Both the position numbers and the translations under genes were made by a program. A DNA stretch of 32,000 nucleotides, taken from an uncultured archaeon (GTDB lineage Archaea > Asgardarchaeota > Thorarchaeia > Thorarchaeales > Thorarchaeaceae). Within the stretch, counting starts at the first letter, position 1; every line of letters starts with the position of its first letter. Where the stretch lies: the NCBI GenBank assembly GCA_964354495.1, contig CAYHAA010000008.1:1-32000 (forward strand), written 5' to 3'. The notes under the pieces are model-generated. The model was not told where the DNA came from. It searched no databases and saw nothing but the letters and a program-made list of their open reading frames with translations. Of this stretch, positions 17,891 to 25,280 are shown in pieces.

Positions 17891-17981
17891 GGACAGACGG
17901 CGCATTGGACCTAAGGAGAACATGACTCCTCAATCACCTGCATAGGTCATGTCCTAAGGGATAAATCCAGCTCTGTCCTCA
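17891..17981. repeat. Intergenic element, copy 2
   Basis: GGACAGA (17891-17897) pairs with TCTGTCC (17972-17978); inner inverted repeat ACATGAC/GTCATGT; shares TCTGTCCTCA and GTCCTA with copy 1. Confidence 0.35.
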
Positions 17982-18007
17982 GACCGAGTAGAGGTGTACA
18001 CCCAACA

Positions 18008-18400
18008 ATGACTATTCTAGGTATCGAACATATCGCAGTTGTGTGCAAGGACACGGTCAGTCTGGCAAAGTGGTACGCGAAGACTCTCGGGTTTGTCGAG
18101 GTCTACAACAACAAGAAGACGCCACCGACGCTACTCCTGAAGGCGCAGAATGGAATCATGATTGAGTTTGTTCCAGGCGAGGGAAGACCCCGGCCGATGT
18201 GCGAGGAGAAGGACGAAGGCTGGCGTCACCTAGCTATCGCAGTGAACAACATGGATCAGATCATGGCTGACCTCACAAAGAAGAAGGTCGAGTGGATTGG
18301 CGATGTCAAGGTGGGCAGTGGCGGGACTGCAAGAGCGCGGTTCTTCAAGGATCCCGAGGCAAACCTGATTCACATAATCGAGCGAACAGGTACGCTCTGA
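18008..18400 (+). CDS. VOC (glyoxalase/bleomycin resistance) family protein
   Basis: GIEHIAVVC, MIEFV, GWRHLAIAV and FFKDPEANLIHI. Confidence 0.9.
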   Translation: MTILGIEHIAVVCKDTVSLAKWYAKTLGFVEVYNNKKTPPTLLLKAQNGIMIEFVPGEGRPRPMCEEKDEGWRHLAIAVNNMDQIMADLTKKKVEWIGDVKVGSGGTARARFFKDPEANLIHIIERTGTL

Positions 18401-18538
18401 TTAATCGCACCTGCACTCGAACGTTGCCTTCTCTTGCCCTCGGGAATGCCAAGGAATGAGCTTTGACGCAGACCGCAGTCCTTATGGGGAGTAAGTGTTT
18501 GTCGAAGTTCGTGTTTTTGATGGCTTGCAGGTGATAAT

Positions 18539-19600
18539 ATGCGTGAATACAGTCCCAACACCAACGGCTACGCAGGCCTGCCGCGAAAGCGCAACCGCAA
18601 GGTTCCCGATACAACGAAACCTCCCAGAATCACCATCTTCGACTACGACGGGACTCAATTCAAAGAGTGGCAGGCAGAATCAGTTGATGTATGCAAGCCG
18701 CCGACTGACAAGTCTACTGTGCGCTGGGTCAATATCGATGGGGTCTACATGCCTGAAGTCATATCAAAGATGGGAGATGCCTTTGGACTCCACCCTCTCA
18801 CCATAGAAGACATTCTTAATGTCGAACAACAACCCAAGGTAGAGGCTCTTCCAGAATATTCCTTGATTACGATGCGGATGATCTATACTGACGTACCGGA
18901 TGGTCCAGTGTTGTCTGAGCAGATCAGCTTCGTCCTAGGCGCAAACTTTGTGCTTTCAGTTCAGGAAACAGAGGGAGACGTGTTTGATCCTCTTCGCAGA
19001 AGGATACGAGAGGAAGGAAGCCATGTCAGAAAGAGCGGTGCGGACTACTTGGCGTACAGCCTGATGGACCTCCTGGTGGACAACTACTTTGTGATACTCA
19101 ACCAGATAAGTGAGAACATTGATGCGATTCAGGAGAAGATCATTCTGGAACCCACCTCTGAAACGCTTCGCGATGTCTATGAGGTGAGACGAGCGATTTC
19201 GGAGATGCGGAGGTACACCTGGCCCGTGAGAGAGATATCCCTTAGACTCGAGAGAGAGGCTCCTCAGATGTTCAAGAAGAGCACCCTCCCCTACCTCAGA
19301 GACCTGTACGACCATGTGATTCAGATCACGGACCATATTGACATATACAGAGAATGGCTAGCGAGCATGCTTGATATCTACCTCTCAAGTGTGACCAACA
19401 GGCTGAACGAGGTCATCAAGGTCCTGACCGTGATATCCACGGTCGCCATCCCTGCCACCGTAATCGGATCGTGGTATGGCATGAACTTTGAAGTCATGCC
19501 AGAGTTGGAGTCTACATACGCATATCCTGCAGTGATTATCATTACTGTGATAATGATGATGGCCATGCTGGTCTTCTTCAGGCGAAAGCGTTGGATCTAG
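18539..19600 (+). CDS. corA: Magnesium/cobalt transporter CorA
   Basis: FGLHPLTIEDI, EQISFVLG, YLRDLYDH, signature YGMNF...MPEL and two C-terminal TMs. Confidence 0.95.
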   Translation: MREYSPNTNGYAGLPRKRNRKVPDTTKPPRITIFDYDGTQFKEWQAESVDVCKPPTDKSTVRWVNIDGVYMPEVISKMGDAFGLHPLTIEDILNVEQQPKVEALPEYSLITMRMIYTDVPDGPVLSEQISFVLGANFVLSVQETEGDVFDPLRRRIREEGSHVRKSGADYLAYSLMDLLVDNYFVILNQISENIDAIQEKIILEPTSETLRDVYEVRRAISEMRRYTWPVREISLRLEREAPQMFKKSTLPYLRDLYDHVIQITDHIDIYREWLASMLDIYLSSVTNRLNEVIKVLTVISTVAIPATVIGSWYGMNFEVMPELESTYAYPAVIIITVIMMMAMLVFFRRKRWI

Positions 19601-19645
19601 ACCTTCATGCTCCGCTCGTTTGAGAGGAAACAGAGATGTAGGAAT

Positions 19646-20419
19646 ATGACGAATACTATATTCTACTTCACTGGGACAGGCAACTGCCTGATGGTGGCTA
19701 GGTCAATTGCTGCAGGCATTGGAGATACGAAAATAGTCCCAATCTCAAGAGCCATCAAGGAGAGTATTGATGCAGGAGGCGATGCCATCGGGCTCGTCTT
19801 CCCTGTCTACTGGGGTGGTCTACCACTCATTGTTCGGAAGTTCCTTCCTCTATTGAAGCACTCTCAGGAGAGTTATCTCTTCGCTGTGGCAACACATGCT
19901 GGAGGTCCGGGGAAGGTGTTGTCCCAGTTACAATCAGAACTGGCGGTATTCGGACTGGAGTTGTCGGCTGGCTACCGCCTCAGCATGCCCTCGAACTACA
20001 TCATCAGCTATGATGCTCCCGGCAAGGATGATATTGAGACGGATCTCGCACGGGCAGACCGTAGTGTCTCAGACATCGTTGATACAGTCAAAAGTAGAAA
20101 GGTCCATAGACCCTCAACGGACTTCCCGAAATACGAGCGACCAAACAGCTCATACGAACGGTTCATCGCCACAGTCAATTCTTCGGACGCAACCTACAAG
20201 GTCGACAACAGCTGCAATGGGTGCGGGGACTGCGTCAAGGTGTGCCCCGTCGAGAACATAGTACTGCGTAAGAGCAAACCTACTTGGCTCCATCACTGTC
20301 AACAATGCCTTGCCTGCATCAACTGGTGCCCCGTCAGAGCCATCCAATATGGCTCCGGCACTTCCGTCAGGGGGCGGTACACGAACCCGCGGGTGTCGAT
20401 CGATGATGTTGCTCGTTAG
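19646..20419 (+). CDS. EFR1-family flavodoxin-ferredoxin fusion
   Basis: IFYFTGTGNC and GLVFPVYWGGLP flavodoxin segments; CNGCGDCVKVCP and CQQCLACINWCP [4Fe-4S] motifs. ATG 19646 preferred over 19607. Confidence 0.88.
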   Translation: MTNTIFYFTGTGNCLMVARSIAAGIGDTKIVPISRAIKESIDAGGDAIGLVFPVYWGGLPLIVRKFLPLLKHSQESYLFAVATHAGGPGKVLSQLQSELAVFGLELSAGYRLSMPSNYIISYDAPGKDDIETDLARADRSVSDIVDTVKSRKVHRPSTDFPKYERPNSSYERFIATVNSSDATYKVDNSCNGCGDCVKVCPVENIVLRKSKPTWLHHCQQCLACINWCPVRAIQYGSGTSVRGRYTNPRVSIDDVAR

Positions 20420-20507
20420 CACATATGAGATATGAAGACAGCACAATCCAGTCCTGCTGGCGCAGTATCCGGCAGGTTGATGAGACAACGAAGTAATACT
20501 ATTCAGT

Positions 20508-21437
20508 ATGGGCTCACTGATTGAGAAAACGTTTCATTCTCTGATTGAAGGTGGCTACCGCATACGTATGGTCTCGACTGACCATCTTCCATCGTTGCAG
20601 ACAGAGATTGAGGGACGCCATCAACGAGGCGAACTCAACGACGAATTCTACAAGCTACGGCTCACTTGGTTCGATTTTCAACTCCCAAAGAGTCTGCGAA
20701 AGGCTCGATCGTTGATAGTCGTTGCACTCCCTCGACCGCAGACTCAGGCAACCTTCAATTGGAGAGGCCAGAAGCGGACTCTGAGTGTTCCTCCCACCTA
20801 TACGGACTATGACAAAGTCAACCAACAGGTTGCAGATGCCCTGGCGGTGACGCTCAAGAAGAAGGGGCACAAGGTTGCGACTACTGGCCTGCCGCTCAAA
20901 CTCCTATCTGCCCGGAGTGGTCTGACGCAGTACGGTCGAAACAACATCTGCTATGCGCCAGGAATGGGCAGTTTCCTGCAACTCGTTGCTGTCTACTCTG
21001 ATATGCCTTGCAAGGAGGACACATGGCAAGAACCTACTATGATGACGGCCTGCGGCTCCTGTCAGAAGTGTCGTGACGCATGTCCGACCGAAGCCATTCC
21101 TGCTGACCGATTTCTATTGCACGCCGAGCGCTGTATCGTCTTTCACAACGAGAAATCTGGTGAGATTCCATTTCCTGCATGGATGAATCCTGCATGGCAC
21201 AACTGTGTCGTGGGATGCTTCCGCTGCCAAAGAGTCTGTCCTCTCAACAGGGAGTTCCTGCGATGGACTGGAGGTCAAGAGGAGTTCTCCGAGCAAGAGA
21301 CCGCTCTGCTTCTGGATGGGACACCATCTGAGAAGATGCCAGCAGAAACACTTGGAAAACTGCAGCGGCTCTCTCTAGATGGATATCTTGGTGAACTACC
21401 GCGCAACCTGGGTGTCTTCTTCCGGAAAACTGCCTGA
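20508..21437 (+). CDS. QueG (epoxyqueuosine reductase)-like double [4Fe-4S] protein
   Basis: ARSLIVVAL, SGLTQYGRNN, CGSCQKCRDACPTEAI, ERCIVF and VVGCFRCQRVCP. Confidence 0.78.
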   Translation: MGSLIEKTFHSLIEGGYRIRMVSTDHLPSLQTEIEGRHQRGELNDEFYKLRLTWFDFQLPKSLRKARSLIVVALPRPQTQATFNWRGQKRTLSVPPTYTDYDKVNQQVADALAVTLKKKGHKVATTGLPLKLLSARSGLTQYGRNNICYAPGMGSFLQLVAVYSDMPCKEDTWQEPTMMTACGSCQKCRDACPTEAIPADRFLLHAERCIVFHNEKSGEIPFPAWMNPAWHNCVVGCFRCQRVCPLNREFLRWTGGQEEFSEQETALLLDGTPSEKMPAETLGKLQRLSLDGYLGELPRNLGVFFRKTA

Positions 21438-21445
21438 AAGAAGAA

Positions 21446-22177
21446 TTGCTCACGTTCACTGCAAAGAAAGAGCCATCGGAAGACATATTTGAGCATCAGC
21501 AAGAACTCAATCTAGTGGTTGACTCTCGGCTTTTGGTGAAGAAGGCTATAGGTGTTCCATTCGTATTGCTCTTCATGAATTCTCTCTTTATCATCTATGC
21601 CCAAGATGTCTATGGCAGTCTGACTACCTTAGTCCCCATCTCACTGATGTCGATTGCCATCTGTACCGATGTAGCTATCAGACCGATCTCAGCCAAACCA
21701 GATCGATACAACAGGAACCTGCTTGTGCTCGCTTTCCTCTTATTCCCGTTTGCCGTGGCATTGCCCTATTTCGAGTTTAAGTTCCTGACGTCACTCTACC
21801 TATCAAGTTTCATGCCTCCAGTTCTTATCGTCGGCATCTTGGCCATCCTGATAGGTTGGATAGTCCTACTAGTGAGTCGACTGCAGATTGGCCGGTACGG
21901 TGGAGCTAGGATCGCTATTGAGGATGACCACCGCCTTGTCACGAACGGAATGTACAGGTTCATCCGCAATCCTCAGTACCTAGGCATGCTGCTCATTCTG
22001 TCCGGATACGCAGTTTCACTTGGTAGTCTGATTGTCACAGCAATAATTGTGATTTGTCTTCTCGCTATTCTCAGGAGTCGAATCAGACTCGAAGAAGAGC
22101 TTCTGCTTGCTGCATTCGGAGATGAGTATCGAGAGTATATGCGACGGACTTGGCGATTGTTGCCGCACGTCTACTAG
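21446..22177 (+). CDS. Third ICMT/PEMT-family methyltransferase
   Basis: HRLVTNGMYRFIRNPQYLG...EEELLLAAFGDEYREYMRRTWRLLP. Confidence 0.88.
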   Translation: MLTFTAKKEPSEDIFEHQQELNLVVDSRLLVKKAIGVPFVLLFMNSLFIIYAQDVYGSLTTLVPISLMSIAICTDVAIRPISAKPDRYNRNLLVLAFLLFPFAVALPYFEFKFLTSLYLSSFMPPVLIVGILAILIGWIVLLVSRLQIGRYGGARIAIEDDHRLVTNGMYRFIRNPQYLGMLLILSGYAVSLGSLIVTAIIVICLLAILRSRIRLEEELLLAAFGDEYREYMRRTWRLLPHVY

Positions 22178-22185
22178 ACCACTTC

Positions 22186-23460
22186 TCACGCAGATGTTGA
22201 TGAGCCATGGCTTGACGTTCTTTCACGATACACCAATCTCATTCTCCGGTAGAGGACATAGAAGAGGAGTACTAGGATTACAGACACAACGAGCATCCCT
22301 GCGTAGACTGTACCTATGCCGACTTCGAACAGTGGCTCATACAGCATCAAGATGAGCGCAGAACCAAGGAAGAATGATGATGTCACAACTCCCGCGAGAA
22401 CCCCGTGTCGTGTTGGCGAGATCATTTGACCAAATGCTATCGTCATCGGATAGAGCGTACCGCCTGCCCAGCCCACAGCTGCAAGTGCCAGTCCAACAAG
22501 AGGTACTGCGCTGGTCAGAGTGATATCACCTACGAGTGTGAGTATGGACAGTCCGCTGATGTTGGACAGAAGACCAAGAATGATTGGAAGTCTGAGACCC
22601 CATCTTCCCATCATGGGACCTAACAGAGAGCCTGCGACTGCTCCTGCGGCTCCTCCCCCCAAGAGAATCAGACCAATGAGGGTCTCATTCGAGGTACCGG
22701 TGAGCGCATGGGAAGTCCACACAAATGCGCTTAGGTAGGTGAGGGCAACGAGAAATGTGGCTCCGAGCATCAATAACACCACAGGTCTCCTGAGTTCATT
22801 ACCCAGATTCACGACGAGCATATGCAGTTCTGAGTCACCATGAGACCTCGTCACTGGATGGTCTGCCACCAACATAGCTATCAGACCAACAACGACAATG
22901 ACAAAGAACAAGAGATAGTACGACTGCCAACCGAGTGAGACCATTTGTCCCGCAAGGAACGGCCCCAGCCCTGCGCTCAGTGATGCAAGGGCAGATGCTA
23001 TTCCCATGCGCCTTGGAATGTTTCTTGGTGCTGATAGATCTGACAGCAAAGCCAGCAAGACTGGGTTCACAAACCCAAATCCCGTTCCGGAGAGGACGTT
23101 TCCGAGTACAAGGATTATCAGGGATGTAGCATTTACTATGATAAGGAGTCCTACCGCAAAGACGCCCAACCCGACAAGCATCACGCGGACCCTCCCATAG
23201 ATATCGCTCATTGCTCCCGAGATCAGCTGAATCATTGCAAATGGAAGCATGAATGCAGGGATAGCAGTCAACACAGCGGTTGGATCAACAGCAAAATCGG
23301 TCGCTATTGCGCCCAGCAACGCAAGAACCGCATTGCCAGCTAGTGGTCCCATGGCAAATAGGAAGTATGAAAATAACCTCAGCGACCTGTATCCTTCAAA
23401 CTCTTCTGCCAGTTCTGCTTCCGAGCGCACATCTAGCTCATTCATGTCGGAGGCCTCCAT
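22186..23460 (-). CDS. MFS transporter (DHA1-like multidrug efflux type)
   Basis: About 12 TM segments and motif A GAMSDIYGRVRV. Confidence 0.9.
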   Translation of the reverse strand: MEASDMNELDVRSEAELAEEFEGYRSLRLFSYFLFAMGPLAGNAVLALLGAIATDFAVDPTAVLTAIPAFMLPFAMIQLISGAMSDIYGRVRVMLVGLGVFAVGLLIIVNATSLIILVLGNVLSGTGFGFVNPVLLALLSDLSAPRNIPRRMGIASALASLSAGLGPFLAGQMVSLGWQSYYLLFFVIVVVGLIAMLVADHPVTRSHGDSELHMLVVNLGNELRRPVVLLMLGATFLVALTYLSAFVWTSHALTGTSNETLIGLILLGGGAAGAVAGSLLGPMMGRWGLRLPIILGLLSNISGLSILTLVGDITLTSAVPLVGLALAAVGWAGGTLYPMTIAFGQMISPTRHGVLAGVVTSSFFLGSALILMLYEPLFEVGIGTVYAGMLVVSVILVLLFYVLYRRMRLVYRERTSSHGSSTSA

Positions 23461-23470
23461 CGTACTACGA

Positions 23471-23492
23471 GTTATTAACCATAGTTAATAGC
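23471..23492. promoter_or_regulatory. Palindromic operator-like site between divergent genes
   Basis: GTTATTAAC-cata-GTTAATAGC: 7-bp perfect (8 of 9) inverted repeat 10 nt upstream of the MFS ATG. Confidence 0.5.
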
Positions 23493-23574
23493 TTTGGTCA
23501 GACCATCAAAAAACTCATATGACGACCTGAGAAATGCGAGATCTATCAAGTCCTGCCTTCTGGAGGCCGAAAGT

Positions 23575-23949
23575 ATGCCCGACGATGATATGTTGATGGC
23601 TGCCTGCGGACTGCTCTGTGGAAGTTGTGACATACGCAAAATGCCATTTGATAATGAAGCTGCTAGAGTGACAGTAGACTGGTATCGAGAGATGGGCTGG
23701 CTGAAGAAGAATGAGGGCGTGAAAGAGGCCATCGCGAAGAATATGATATGCACTGGCTGCCACGACGATCGCACAACGCATTGGAGCTCTGATTGCTGGA
23801 TTCTGAAATGCTGTGTGGATGAGAAGAACCTGCGCCATTGCCACGAGTGCATTGATTTCCCCTGTGTCAGACTTGCTGACTGGTCGAAACAGAATGATGG
23901 ATATGCGAAGGCATTTGAGAGACTTACACAGCTCAAAATGACTGTTTGA
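23575..23949 (+). CDS. DUF3795 Cys-rich protein
   Basis: AACGLLCGSC, CTGCH, CWILKCC and HCHECIDFPC; GGAGG RBS before ATG 23575. Confidence 0.85.
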   Translation: MPDDDMLMAACGLLCGSCDIRKMPFDNEAARVTVDWYREMGWLKKNEGVKEAIAKNMICTGCHDDRTTHWSSDCWILKCCVDEKNLRHCHECIDFPCVRLADWSKQNDGYAKAFERLTQLKMTV

Positions 23950-24306
23950 ATGTCATGAGCAGAAACAAACCATCGTTCATCTGGGGCGACTGGTCTAAGC
24001 CGATTCTGGTTAAGACCTGCCATACGAATGCCTGCATAGATGAGATCCCCAGAAACCAGCGGGCTCTCAGCCAGTCTTCTCGGCATAAGCAATCTTGATA
24101 GCTCCACCTAGGTGATTGCTTTTTAGCGAATAATCACATAGCATGTTGATGGTCTTATTACGATGGATGTAAAGGGATGGTGCTGCCAAACTGTGACGAA
24201 TCGAATTTGGCGGAATCTGTCATGCGGCATCTTGAGTTCAGATGTCGGTCCTCAGCCAGGAGCATCGACATACCCAAATCGATTCAGCCGTAGCAGGTGC
24301 CTCCTG

Positions 24307-24507
24307 TTGATTCGTTTCATCATCCTTTTTGCAATAGCGGCAACCCTATTCCAAGTCGCCATGCTTATACGACGTTACTTTCCCTCGGAACTCCTGATCC
24401 TCTCGGCTGCGCTTGTATTCTCAGTGCTTTTTCTCATTGGAGCATCAATATATTTCGTGAGAATCCTTAGACTGAGGTCTGAGGCCATGAGAATAAGAAC
24501 CCAGTAA
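24307..24507 (+). CDS. Small two-TM membrane protein (about 66 aa)
   Basis: Two clean hydrophobic helices in the 3' half of track ORF 24163-24507. TTG 24307 with AGGTG upstream is the likelier start. Confidence 0.5.
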   Translation: MIRFIILFAIAATLFQVAMLIRRYFPSELLILSAALVFSVLFLIGASIYFVRILRLRSEAMRIRTQ

Positions 24508-24634
24508 CAAAAAGGACTTAAATCGAGACCTGAATAGCAGGCTATGGTCTAGATACCCAAAAGCTGGCAGGCTCTCTTTCATTGAGTCCGACTCCTATGC
24601 GTTATACCTGAGTCATGCTGGCAGGCGATTGGAA

Positions 24635-24970
24635 ATGGCTACCACTGATAAACCACAGGGAGTGAGTAGGGATGAGTTTCTTTTTCGTGCATTTCTTGTC
24701 TTCGGGATTTGTGGCATTACTAGTGCTCTTCTTGACTTGGATCACTCTTGGAAGTATTTTGGCTTCGAGGAACCATTCAACTTTACGGGTTGGTATGGCA
24801 GACCTCTCCACAGTCCATTGGTGCTTCTGCTGGTCTCTCTCGCTCTTGGCATCATTCTGGTTTCACTTGGCTATGGACGGAATCTGGCAATTCCTCTATG
24901 GCTGACAGAGCAACACACCGAAGATGGTGAAGATCAGCAAGCAGACGGCCAATCTCAGAATAAGCAGTAG
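24635..24970 (+). CDS. Small membrane protein with DLDH...RPLH motif
   Basis: Two hydrophobic segments flanking LLDLDH and GRPLHS; acidic tail. Upstream TTG at 24629. Confidence 0.6.
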   Translation: MATTDKPQGVSRDEFLFRAFLVFGICGITSALLDLDHSWKYFGFEEPFNFTGWYGRPLHSPLVLLLVSLALGIILVSLGYGRNLAIPLWLTEQHTEDGEDQQADGQSQNKQ

Positions 24971-25280
24971 TATTCCTAGTACTCCCTTTTTTCCGTCAAA
25001 CTTGACTTTTCAATGGCGAGCACGACTATGATTTGCAGCCTGATGATGTGTCTTTTCATTAGACTCCTTGGTGTTTATTTTATCAATAATCAAATAAGGC
25101 TGCACATGCAAAAAGGGCAAGTTAGTAGTCACGCTTAGGAATACACGCTGGAAATACTCAAGGGGTGCAAGCGATTCTCACGGATGACACTGAAGAGAAT
25201 CAACCAACAAACCTCAGCCTGCACTTGAAAGATTCACAAGTGATGACTGTATCTGACCTGCACTAGGAGGGAATAATGGA

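Noticed and set aside
20453-20476. 8-bp hairpin CCTGCTGG-cgcagtat-CCGGCAGG between the EFR1 and QueG-like genes, and a similar imperfect hairpin near 9943-9975
   Set aside because: No T-tract and no second copy; a function cannot be supported.
24010-24105. Minus-strand frame reading IKIAYAEKTG*EPAGFWGSHLCRHSYG, resembling the tyrosine-recombinase HxLRHS motif
   Set aside because: Single short motif flanked by stops, with no other catalytic Arg/His/Tyr boxes and no att-like repeats; compatible with chance.
23475-24107. 210-aa minus-strand track ORF
   Set aside because: Mostly antisense to the well-supported DUF3795 gene; no recognisable domain.
25030-25262. C/D-box-like words (GTGATGA...CTGA at 25240-25256) and recurring CTGCAC/TGCA words upstream of the giant gene
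   Set aside because: The 6-nt spacer is too short for a guide, there is no second C'/D' pair, and the short words are not significant alone.
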